DNA of 64,000 nucleotides from Candidatus Iainarchaeum sp. (lineage in GTDB: Archaea; B1Sed10-29; WALL01). Made by a program: the position numbers and the translations under genes. Where the stretch lies: assembly GCA_023129115.1 (NCBI GenBank), contig JAGMCR010000003.1, positions 96,001 through 160,000 of the forward strand. Reading direction: 5' to 3'. The notes below the pieces were generated by a model, which saw only the letters and a program-made list of their open reading frames with translations, had not been told where the DNA came from and searched no databases. Shown here piece after piece: positions 8,710 to 17,192 of the stretch (its first letter is position 1; every line of letters begins with the position of its first letter).

Positions 8710-9483
8710 ATGGCAGGCAAGAAAGGCTCTGGCAAAAAAGGCTCTGGCAAAAGGAGGGTAAGGGATCCGATCACCTTCTACGTTGATTTGGTGGGCCGCA
8801 AGACCGCGAAGAGGGCAACAACCAATCTCCATAAGGACCTGAAGAAAATCAGGGGGCGGGTCAAGAAAATAGTCCGCGAGCATAACAAAGAGAGGAAGAA
8901 GCTCGCGAAAAACGACTTGAAGGGCCACATAGACCTGGTCCAAAACACCCTGCTCTACCTCTACGTCGCCAAGGCGTTCCAGGAGGGCCTGGTGGGGGAT
9001 GCCCAGATCCACGTAAAGCAACAGAAGGAGCGTGACGAAGGATTTGAAATGCCCAAGCCATTCACAACCAACCTCAATCTGCTTTCTGTGAAGCTCGGGA
9101 ACCACATCATGGAGTTCGAGACGCACAAAGAAACACTCAACCAGAAGGCTGAAGAGCTTGAGCAGATGCTCGCGGAGCTGAATGCGTCTGCCGAAGAGAT
9201 CGCAGAGATGCAGGAAGCAAAAGAGGAGTACGAGCCGCACCCCCGGGGCAAACTCGGCGGCCTCCCTGTTAGCCCAAGCGACATCCGCAAGACGATGGTC
9301 GAAGAAGCGCTCAGGTCTGGCAAGTCACCCGAAGAAATCAAAAAGATTACCGCCCAAACCGGATATTCAGGCATAAAGCTCCCAAGAAGGTATTCGGACA
9401 CGAACTTCAAGAAGATTGCGTCACGCGTTAGGAAAATGGTTAAAGACGAGCAAGAGAAAAAATTGTATAAAAACAAGAGATAA
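8710..9483 (+). CDS. Lys-rich coiled-coil hypothetical protein
   Basis: GGTGA RBS before ATG 8710; N-terminal GKKGS repeat. Confidence 0.7.
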   Translation: MAGKKGSGKKGSGKRRVRDPITFYVDLVGRKTAKRATTNLHKDLKKIRGRVKKIVREHNKERKKLAKNDLKGHIDLVQNTLLYLYVAKAFQEGLVGDAQIHVKQQKERDEGFEMPKPFTTNLNLLSVKLGNHIMEFETHKETLNQKAEELEQMLAELNASAEEIAEMQEAKEEYEPHPRGKLGGLPVSPSDIRKTMVEEALRSGKSPEEIKKITAQTGYSGIKLPRRYSDTNFKKIASRVRKMVKDEQEKKLYKNKR

Positions 9484-9486
9484 GGT

Positions 9487-9888
9487 TCACTCGACCCGCA
9501 GCCTCGCGGGGAAGTGCTGCTGGTCAGTGATTTTGTCGAACCTTTCGTCGTGCTCGCGCACGATTACGTCGAAGTCGTAGAACCCCGGCGTTATGTTGAA
9601 CTTGCCGTAGATGCTGAACTTCGCCTCTTTTTTCTTTGTGGGGTCCACGTTCTTGATGCGTATGCGGTGCTCGCGCATCAATCCACTGCGGTCGAACCCA
9701 AACGCGAACGGCACCTTGACGCTGACGCTGTAGCTCTTGGTCTGCCTCCCACGGTTCCTTACCTCCACGCCCAGCGACACCGGCTCCTTCTGCCCCACAA
9801 TCATCCTGATTGGGAGAAAGGAGGTCCGCACGTACATCCCGTTGTCTTTTTGCTCTTCCACATAAACACCGTACATTAATATACTCAC
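9487..9888 (-). CDS. Hypothetical beta-sandwich (Ig-like) protein
   Basis: Alternating beta pattern, VEVRNRG and PGFYDFDV motifs. Confidence 0.55.
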   Translation of the reverse strand: MSILMYGVYVEEQKDNGMYVRTSFLPIRMIVGQKEPVSLGVEVRNRGRQTKSYSVSVKVPFAFGFDRSGLMREHRIRIKNVDPTKKKEAKFSIYGKFNITPGFYDFDVIVREHDERFDKITDQQHFPARLRVE

Positions 9889-9907
9889 TGCGAGAATAAA
9901 TACTTAC

Positions 9908-10354
9908 ATGGTGCCTGAAAAAGAGCTAATCAAGCGGGAATACACGGTGCGGGGCATGCGCCTCCCGAACGAGACCAAGCTCACGCGCCAGTCCCTATTG
10001 CGCTGGCTCTGCCTCTCGCTCGGCCTCTTGTCGCCGGACGAGTCACGCCAGAGCGTGCTCCCAATCATGGACTCTTTCCTCGAGCTCCAGTTCTCCGGGC
10101 AAAAGCCAACGGTCGCTGAACTGTCAGAGAAAAGCGGCCAGCCAGAAAAAGCAGTGCGCTACCACATGCACCGGCTCATGGCGATGGGCCTGGCCCAGGA
10201 AGAGAAGCGCCACTATTCTTTCGTGCTCGACTCGTCGTCCGACTCACTCTCGCTGCCAAAGACATTCCGCGAGCATTACGCGGAATCCCTCTTGGCAAGC
10301 CTGTTTTCAATCGAGGGCGCGCTCAAGGAATTGCAGCGCTCGTACGAGGGCTAG
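9908..10354 (+). CDS. ArsR-like HTH protein
   Basis: TVAELSEKSGQPEKAVRYHMHRLMAMGLA. Confidence 0.8.
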   Translation: MVPEKELIKREYTVRGMRLPNETKLTRQSLLRWLCLSLGLLSPDESRQSVLPIMDSFLELQFSGQKPTVAELSEKSGQPEKAVRYHMHRLMAMGLAQEEKRHYSFVLDSSSDSLSLPKTFREHYAESLLASLFSIEGALKELQRSYEG

Positions 10355-10450
10355 GTTAACCAGCGGGTTTCCCCCCACGAAACCACACAAAATTCAAAGC
10401 CATTCCCAACAGTTATTCCGCAAAACAAGCCCGATTTAACCTTGTTTCCC

Positions 10451-10480
10451 TGTTGGGAGTTGCATACCTCACTCCCAACA
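10451..10480. promoter_or_regulatory. Inverted repeat TGTTGGGAGT-N10-ACTCCCAACA in non-coding block 10355-10785
   Basis: Perfect 10-bp arms; same half-site recurs at 6750, 6870, 6993. Confidence 0.65.
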
Positions 10481-10785
10481 CCAAAAACCACTTTCTCGTG
10501 CCCCTTCTCCTATCTCCTTCCCTCTCCGACCATAACTCGCTTTTCTCGGCAAGAAATAGCCACTGGAAACTATACTCTAAAACCATTATTATCAACAATA
10601 CACTCCAAAAACTATAAGTAACAAACTATCAATCACAAACTATATTTTATTGTTTATACTTCTTGCCGTGGCCACTCACTTTGCCCCCCACACATAAACA
10701 CCTCAACCGCCACAACACCGCAAAACCGCGTGCCACAGCGCTTTCCAGCCCCCCCTCCACCCAAAAACAAACATTAATCGAAAAG

Positions 10786-11376
10786 TTATTGCGAAGGGGC
10801 GGTTTTTGATTTGATTTCGTCCATCAACTTATCATCCAAAAAGGTAAGAACATTGAGTGGGTATTTTTCCAGGTAGTCAAGGGTGTTGTCCCAAACATCA
10901 TGTTTGGCCCGTATGCTCTCTATCAGTTCTTTTTGGTGTTGCCTGAATTCTTCTAGTTCGATTAGTTTCATTCTCCGTCTTTCTTCAGCTGTTGGCTCGG
11001 GTTCTGGCCCGTACTCCTCAAGGTCAACGCTTTTGGCTTCCACTACGTTGTTGCGGATGCCGTTTAATGTTTTTTCTGCTGTTTTTTTTAATTCCACCAA
11101 GGTAGCATGGACTTCCTTCCATTCTTCGGTTGTGCCCCCTGTTCCCCCCATTTTTTCGAACTGGCCACTCAATTCGGCTTCGGCGTACTTCAATTTGTTT
11201 TGCAGGCGCTCGTGATGGCGGAGCAGTTGTGCGTAGGGGTCGATCCCACGGTTTTTAAATATCCACCCCCCCAGCTCTGGCTTAAACGGCTGGAATAACT
11301 CCATGACGTGGCTTTTTATTTTACGCATTTCGCCTATCTTGTTTTGGCTGTGGGCTTCGGAGGGCTTCAGCTCCAT
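10786..11376 (-). CDS. Charged coiled-coil hypothetical protein
   Basis: 196-aa E/K-rich ORF, lower GC. Confidence 0.6.
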   Translation of the reverse strand: MELKPSEAHSQNKIGEMRKIKSHVMELFQPFKPELGGWIFKNRGIDPYAQLLRHHERLQNKLKYAEAELSGQFEKMGGTGGTTEEWKEVHATLVELKKTAEKTLNGIRNNVVEAKSVDLEEYGPEPEPTAEERRRMKLIELEEFRQHQKELIESIRAKHDVWDNTLDYLEKYPLNVLTFLDDKLMDEIKSKTAPSQ

Positions 11377-11574
11377 ACACCCATTTACACGCCACGCCTA
11401 TAAAAACATCAGCACTCCCAACCCCCCAGTGGTGTTCAAGGCCCCCCACCCCCGGGTAAACGCCCTTTCTGGAGAGCGTTTCGAGGCAGCCACCACTGTC
11501 CAGGAAAAGGCCTTCGCCCGCACCAAAAGGTACTGGGCTTAGTTTTTTAAACCCTCTTTCCGTTACCAACCAGC

Positions 11575-11730
11575 ATGCCCGACTTTATCGGCTACCACAT
11601 GGACCTGAAGCAGTTCACGACTCCAGAGCTAAAGAAAGTCCTCCGCGAGAAGAAGTACTTGAACGTGTGGTCTTATTCCAGAATCCAGGACGAGCTCCTC
11701 CGCCGCGGCGAGGGGTATTACCGGGACTAG
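11575..11730 (+). CDS. Small hypothetical protein (51 aa), not in ORF track
   Basis: ATG..TAG (MPDFIGYHMDLKQFTTPELKKVLREKKYLNVWSYSRIQDELLRRGEGYYRD); TTTTTAAA ~25 nt upstream; stop abuts aCPSF1 stop. Confidence 0.6.
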   Translation: MPDFIGYHMDLKQFTTPELKKVLREKKYLNVWSYSRIQDELLRRGEGYYRD

Positions 11731-13641
11731 CTACTTCAGCCTAATCGAGTCCAAATTCCTGGGCGTGTTCGTCTCGACCCTGCTGGAGTACCCCAGCGTC
11801 TTCGCGAGCGCGGTGCAGCTCTTTTCGTCGCCGTGCACTGTAATCACCCTCTCTGGCCTGGGCGCCAGTTTCTTGAAGAAATTAACTAGTTGGTTCCTGT
11901 CGCTGTGGCCCGAAAAGCCCTCAATCGTCTCAATCTGCATCTTGACCTCGACGGCTTTGGTCCTGCCGCCGATGTTCAGCGGAATGGTCTTGCTGCCCCC
12001 CATCCTCCGCATTCCAATAGTCTGTATCTTCCTGCCGAGCGAGCCCTCGCCCTGGTAGCCGACAAAAATTATCTTGTTCTGGGTGTTCTCGCAAAGGTTC
12101 TTGAAGTACTCGACCGACGGCCCGCCGCTCATCATTCCCGAGGGCGAGAGGAACACGCTGCTCTTCTCGTCCGCGAGGCCCTCGCGCTTCGTCTTGTCGA
12201 CCTCAATGAAAATATCAGAGTCGAACGGCGAGTTGTTGTGCAGAATCCTCTTCTTGACATTGCGCCGCATGAACTCCGGGTAAGCAGTGTGTATCGCGCT
12301 CGCCTCGCGTGTCATGCCGTCGATGTAAATAGGTATGTCCCAGCTGTTGCGCTTCGCGTACTCCTCGAGCACCAGCATTATTTCCTGCGCCCTCCCAATC
12401 GCGAACACTGGAATAAGCACTGACCCGCCGCGCTCGCACGTCTGCTTGATGCTCTGGATGAGCCGCTTGTCCGACACGTACCTCGGCGGCATTATGTCCC
12501 TCGGCCCGCCGTACGTCGACTCAATAATAAGCGTCTCCAGCCGCGGGTACCGGGTGTGCACATTGTCGAACAATTTCGTGTACCCGAACTTGAAGTCCCC
12601 GGTGTACAATAAGTTGTGCACGCCCTGGCCGATGTGCAGGTGCGCGCTCGCCGAGCCCATGATGTGCCCGGCGTTGTGGAGGGTGAGCCGCATGTCTGGC
12701 GAGATGTCCGTGACCTCGCCGTAGTCCCTCGTAATCACGTACTTCATGGTTTTCTTGACGTCCTTGTCCTTGTAGGGCGGGTCAATCCCCTCCTTCTTCA
12801 GCACGCTGATGTAGTCGAGCTGCAGCAGCGCCATCAGGTCCCGGGTCGGCGCAGTGCAATAAGTCGGCCCGCTGAACCCGTACTGGTAGAGGTACGGGAC
12901 AAAGCCCGAGTGGTCGAGGTGCGCGTGCGAGACAATCACAGCGTCCAGCTCGTCAATCGCGAAGTTAATCGACCCCAGGTGCGGATACGCGCGGTCCCTT
13001 GACGCAACATTAATCCCGCAGTCCAGCAGTATCTTTGACTCGGGCGTCTCCAGCAGGAAGCAGCTCCTGCCGACTTCCCTCGCGCCGCCGAGGGGCGTGA
13101 GCCTGACCCAGTCAGTGCCCTTGGTGTCGTTGCGGTAGATGCGCGACGCGGTCTCCTTGAGGAACTTGGCCCGCTCCTTGTTCTCCTTGAGCAGTGTGTA
13201 CCTGATTCCCTTGATTACGGGGGAGGGCTGCGTCGGCACCCGCAGTATCCTTGGGTACCACCCAGTCTCAATCGTTATCGCCTTCAATGTAGACCCATGC
13301 TTCCCAATTACGAGCCCGGGCTTCTTGGCCTCAATCACGACTTCGTTGAACTCGCTGTCGAACCCGAGGTCATCAATCCCCGCCTCGCGTGGGACCAGCT
13401 CCTGCATCCTTTTCTTGGCTGCCTCTGGGTCCATGAGCATGGAGTTGTCCGAGCGGATGTGTACCCGCTTCTTGAGCTGCCCCGCGAGTGACTTCACGAG
13501 CCCCTCTGTCTCCAGGAACAGCCTCATGTTCCGTGTGTACACGACGACCTCTGACGCAAGCATGGCTACCTTTGTGACCATGGCGTCCGCTGGCACTATT
13601 TCCTGGACTTTTTTCTCCATTTGCTTGGCGATTTCTGACAT
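11731..13641 (-). CDS. fttA: Beta-CASP ribonuclease aCPSF1 (FttA) with KH domains
   Basis: KH GLVIGKHG; SHAHLDHSG metallo-beta-lactamase motif; FSGHSD; next to psmB. Confidence 0.95.
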   Translation of the reverse strand: MSEIAKQMEKKVQEIVPADAMVTKVAMLASEVVVYTRNMRLFLETEGLVKSLAGQLKKRVHIRSDNSMLMDPEAAKKRMQELVPREAGIDDLGFDSEFNEVVIEAKKPGLVIGKHGSTLKAITIETGWYPRILRVPTQPSPVIKGIRYTLLKENKERAKFLKETASRIYRNDTKGTDWVRLTPLGGAREVGRSCFLLETPESKILLDCGINVASRDRAYPHLGSINFAIDELDAVIVSHAHLDHSGFVPYLYQYGFSGPTYCTAPTRDLMALLQLDYISVLKKEGIDPPYKDKDVKKTMKYVITRDYGEVTDISPDMRLTLHNAGHIMGSASAHLHIGQGVHNLLYTGDFKFGYTKLFDNVHTRYPRLETLIIESTYGGPRDIMPPRYVSDKRLIQSIKQTCERGGSVLIPVFAIGRAQEIMLVLEEYAKRNSWDIPIYIDGMTREASAIHTAYPEFMRRNVKKRILHNNSPFDSDIFIEVDKTKREGLADEKSSVFLSPSGMMSGGPSVEYFKNLCENTQNKIIFVGYQGEGSLGRKIQTIGMRRMGGSKTIPLNIGGRTKAVEVKMQIETIEGFSGHSDRNQLVNFFKKLAPRPERVITVHGDEKSCTALAKTLGYSSRVETNTPRNLDSIRLK

Positions 13642-13684
13642 AAGCTAGCCTCTACTAACCCTTGTCCGTGGGTTGGCTGGAGCC

Positions 13685-14293
13685 TTATTTTAGGTATGGC
13701 GCTGGGTCGATTTTCTTGTAGCCGCTCTTGGTAATTGCCACTAGCTTGATGTTGTTGCCGGAGAAGGCGTCCCTCTCCAGAGCAGACTTTATCGCCTTAA
13801 CGGCGACTGGAACATTTTCGTCCACGGTCCCGCCCTCGCTGTACTGTGCCTCAAGCAATCCATAGGCAAACGGCGAGCCGCTGCCCGTCGCAACGACTTT
13901 TTCCTCGAGCGCGCTCCCCACTGCGTCGAGCGAGTACAGCCTCGGCCCGGTATCGTAGCCGCCGATTAGGAGCTGCACCCAGTACGGGAACCACTTGTTG
14001 CCGTGGAGTATGTTGGACAGCAGCGACACTGCCGCGTCCACTTTCATGGGGTGGTCCCTCTCAATCTGGTAGAGGTTGGTCTCCACCTGCATGATGCGCA
14101 CCAGCTTCTGGGCGTCGGCCACGCTCCCCGCGGTCGTCATCCAGATGTGGTCCTGTAGCCGGAATATCTTGGGCGTATCCTTGTTGGCAATGAGGTTGCC
14201 CATGGTCGCCCGGCTCTCGGACGCGAGAATAACCCCGTCCTTGCACTTGAGGCCCAGGGTCGTGGTGCCATGCTTCGTGTTTTCTTTGTCCAC
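13685..14293 (-). CDS. psmB: Proteasome subunit beta
   Basis: Propeptide HG/TTT catalytic Thr; GSVADAQ; ATGSGS. Confidence 0.95.
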   Translation of the reverse strand: MDKENTKHGTTTLGLKCKDGVILASESRATMGNLIANKDTPKIFRLQDHIWMTTAGSVADAQKLVRIMQVETNLYQIERDHPMKVDAAVSLLSNILHGNKWFPYWVQLLIGGYDTGPRLYSLDAVGSALEEKVVATGSGSPFAYGLLEAQYSEGGTVDENVPVAVKAIKSALERDAFSGNNIKLVAITKSGYKKIDPAPYLK

Positions 14294-14360
14294 TAACTAC
14301 TCACCTTTAATGACTAAAAGAACAAGACCAGCCTATTGTTGGTCTCACCATATAAAAACA

Positions 14361-15029
14361 TTATGCCTTTTTGTACTCTTCTACGAATTCCACGCTCATT
14401 TCGGGCAACCTGCTGGTCACCTGCGTGATGAAGTACGCCTTTGCCTGGCCATACCTCTTGGTGGCCAGCAGCTCGGTTTTGGGCGTTGCGATGACTTTTT
14501 TGCCCTTCAGCTCGAGCTTGAGGTCTTTCTCCCCGAAGAACTGGCTGGCGAGGGCCCGGACCTTTTCCTCTGTCTTGGCGAGCACGTCAACAAGCTTTAT
14601 CTCGAAGTCAAGCGTCCTGCCGGCGAGCTCGTGGTTGAAGTCCACCCTCACCCTCCCGCCGGAAACGCTCTGCACCCTCGCGGTCATATTATCTAATTGA
14701 ACCGGCATGCCCGGGAACGGGTTCAGCTTATTGTCGGTGAAGATTTTGAGGGGCACAATCTTGATGAGCTTTGGGTCCCTCGGGCCGTACGCCTCCTCTG
14801 GCGGAATCGTGAGCTTCTTCTCCCCGCCCTTTTCCATGCCAATCAATGCATTGTCCAGCCCGGGGATGAGGTCCCCCTTTCCGGCGACTATGACGAGTGG
14901 CTTGTACACTTGCTCCTTGATGTAGATGCTGTTCTTCTTCGCAGCGCCTTCCACGGTGGTGTCGAAGACTTTGCCGTCCGTGCTTCCGGTGTAGTCCAGG
15001 AGAACAAAGTCGCCTTCTTTTACGCCCAT
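14361..15029 (-). CDS. FKBP-type peptidyl-prolyl isomerase (SlyD-like)
   Basis: VFDTT, IPPEEAYG, VDFNHELAG motifs. Confidence 0.92.
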   Translation of the reverse strand: MGVKEGDFVLLDYTGSTDGKVFDTTVEGAAKKNSIYIKEQVYKPLVIVAGKGDLIPGLDNALIGMEKGGEKKLTIPPEEAYGPRDPKLIKIVPLKIFTDNKLNPFPGMPVQLDNMTARVQSVSGGRVRVDFNHELAGRTLDFEIKLVDVLAKTEEKVRALASQFFGEKDLKLELKGKKVIATPKTELLATKRYGQAKAYFITQVTSRLPEMSVEFVEEYKKA

Positions 15030-15085
15030 GCGGCTCCTATTCTGCATGATAACCTATTTAAACGTTAGCCCCCACAATCCAGCGC

Positions 15086-15685
15086 ATGGTTTCGCGGGCG
15101 CAGCTAATTGTCGTAACAGCCATAGTGGCCATCGGCCTAATGGGCCCAATGGCTTTCATCGCGCAGGAGGCCGCGAAGAACCCGGCGGAAGAGGCGGCAG
15201 AGGCCACGAAGCCGGTGCAGCAGACAGTCCAGCTGTCCCAGGTCATAGAGCTTGAGGCAATCGTGACCGCAGAAATCACCCGAGTCGACCCCATACTGGT
15301 CGCGGTCGTGGCATCGGATTTTGGGGACAACGAGACCGTCGCCATTCTCTCCAACCTCTCAAGCGCCGGGCTCGACTCAATTGATGGCGAGGGCCATGTC
15401 TTCCGCGCGGTTTTCATGCTCGCCGACCCCACAGAATACTCCATTGTCCTCGGCGAGCTCGCCGGCCTGAACATGACTGTGGTGGACCAGGGCATGACCG
15501 CACAAATCATTCTCCCCAAGACCTATACCGCGTACCGCGGCGGCCATGAGTACACTCTTTCCACGCTCCCGTCTGACGAGGTCACTGCAATCATTTCGGG
15601 CGAGGCACAGTCCGGCCCCGCAGAGTTCAGCCTCAAGATAACCAAATCGGGCGAACAGAAAAAGATTGTGGCTGTCGAGAACTAG
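15086..15685 (+). CDS. Membrane-anchored hypothetical protein
   Basis: N-terminal hydrophobic helix, acidic soluble domain. Confidence 0.65.
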   Translation: MVSRAQLIVVTAIVAIGLMGPMAFIAQEAAKNPAEEAAEATKPVQQTVQLSQVIELEAIVTAEITRVDPILVAVVASDFGDNETVAILSNLSSAGLDSIDGEGHVFRAVFMLADPTEYSIVLGELAGLNMTVVDQGMTAQIILPKTYTAYRGGHEYTLSTLPSDEVTAIISGEAQSGPAEFSLKITKSGEQKKIVAVEN

Positions 15686-16008
15686 CCCTTCAGCGCCATT
15701 ATCGCTTCGGCGATGTCTCCACTGCTTTTTTCCAGCGCGGCCCTGGCCTTCTCCTCGTCGGCCCCGGCCTGCTCCATCACCATCTTGACGTCTTCTTCTG
15801 ACGGGCCAATCCCCCTTTCACTAATGTCGCCCATCACCTGAAACGTCTTGGTGCCCTGCATATCGATTTCGATGACCTTGGGGTTCGAGACAACGATTTC
15901 CCTGCCCTCGGCCTTTATCACCACTTCGTCTGCGTTGATTTCCTTCTGCTTTATGCCCATTGCCTTCATGGCCTGGGCCATTTTCCTTGGGTCCATTCCT
16001 GGCATCAT
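15682..16008 (-). CDS. nac: Nascent polypeptide-associated complex protein
   Basis: MDPRKMAQAMKAMGI NAC domain plus C-terminal UBA (GDIAEAIM). Confidence 0.93.
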   Translation of the reverse strand: MMPGMDPRKMAQAMKAMGIKQKEINADEVVIKAEGREIVVSNPKVIEIDMQGTKTFQVMGDISERGIGPSEEDVKMVMEQAGADEEKARAALEKSSGDIAEAIMALKG

Positions 16009-16062
16009 GGTCTATCCTTTTACACAAAAGCTATTAAATACCTTCCGCGTTAGTTTCCCACA

Positions 16063-16707
16063 ATGGCCATTACCATCGGCAGCTTCGCCGAGTTCAAAAA
16101 GCTCGTCCCCAAGGACATGGCTGACTCCCACTCATCGCGCCAGGCGGCGGTCGAGACCTACCTCGCCATGGGCGGAGTCACCAAGTTCAAGAAGACGGGT
16201 GGCTTCCCGGTCCTCGTCTACCCAACGCCGAAGCGGCTCGGGGACCAAATCCGCGAGGCAGAAAAGAAAATCGCGGGCTGGGACAAGTCCCTCGGCGACT
16301 GGCACCGCAGGCACAAGCACCTGAAGACAGATAAAATCACTGACGTGGCCAAGCGCGCCGCCGACCCCCTGTACTGGGAGCACCGCGCCAAGCTCCTGAC
16401 CGACCCGGCGTACCGCGCGACGCACGACCTGGTCCGCCCGCCGATGCACCTGCTGCACCGCGAGAAGTGGCGCAAGCGCCTAAAGCTATTCATCCGCTCC
16501 AAGGAATACCGCCTCCGCCTCCACGAGGCACGTGTCTCTTCCATCGGAAAGAAGCGCGCCCCCATGACAGAAGAAGTCGAGGCGCGGCTGGACTTCAACC
16601 GGCAGATGGCCCAGAACGAGCTAAAGAAAATTGAGGAAAAGCGCAACAAGCTAAAGAAAAAGCTCGGCGCGATGAAAACGCTGCTCGCCTGGTCAAAATC
16701 GGCTTAA
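16063..16707 (+). CDS. Basic hypothetical protein
   Basis: 214-aa ORF with host-like codon use and upstream TATA. Confidence 0.7.
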   Translation: MAITIGSFAEFKKLVPKDMADSHSSRQAAVETYLAMGGVTKFKKTGGFPVLVYPTPKRLGDQIREAEKKIAGWDKSLGDWHRRHKHLKTDKITDVAKRAADPLYWEHRAKLLTDPAYRATHDLVRPPMHLLHREKWRKRLKLFIRSKEYRLRLHEARVSSIGKKRAPMTEEVEARLDFNRQMAQNELKKIEEKRNKLKKKLGAMKTLLAWSKSA

Positions 16708-16708
16708 A

Positions 16709-16931
16709 CTAAGCCGGCACGTTGGACTAAAGCGGAGGCAAGCCTCCGCAAATAGGCAGGCTACAACAAAGCGGAAAAGCTCGGCCAAATCAGCGCCAAA
16801 AATGGCTTGAGCTAAGCCGGCACGTTAGACTTGGGGGGCGCCAATTGGCGCCCCCCAGAGGCAGGTCCCCGCCAATAGGCTGGTCATAACAAAGCGGCGA
16901 AGCCCGGCCAAATCAACGCCAAAAACGGCTT
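16709..16931. repeat. Diverged tandem duplication (16709-16808 vs 16812-16931) including a gene 3' end; copy 2 holds GC palindrome copy 3 (16832-16857)
   Basis: CTAAGCCGGCACGTT(G/A)GACT...ACAAAGCGG...GGCCAAATCA(G/A)CGCCAAAAA(T/C)GGCTT in both copies. Confidence 0.85.
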
Positions 16932-17105
16932 CTGCTCGAACGTGTATGCAAGCACTTCCAGCAGCGTCGGTATCCCAATCGCGAGCAGGAAGGGCACCAT
17001 GGGCATCTTTTCCAGGCCATAGCCCTTGCCCTCGTCAATTATCGCGAGCACCACCCCCCACACCAGCACGTTCAAAAGCCACGAAAGCACGTAAGTAAAT
17101 GCCAT
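16884..17105 (-). CDS. Small membrane protein
   Basis: 73 aa with 2-3 hydrophobic segments. Confidence 0.65.
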   Translation of the reverse strand: MAFTYVLSWLLNVLVWGVVLAIIDEGKGYGLEKMPMVPFLLAIGIPTLLEVLAYTFEQKPFLALIWPGFAALL

Positions 17106-17192
17106 GAGCCAACTATACGCCCAAGCTTAATATTCTTTCTCGGCAACCCGTAACGCCCCTCCTTTTAAAGCCCCCGAACCCCAACTTTTGCC

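Noticed and set aside
8716-8754. 15-bp tandem repeat GGCAA(G/A)AAAGGCTCT
   Set aside because: Simply encodes the GKKGS low-complexity peptide repeat
16709-16931. Possible DGR template/variable repeat pair
   Set aside because: Mismatches are not adenine-specific and there is no reverse transcriptase in the window
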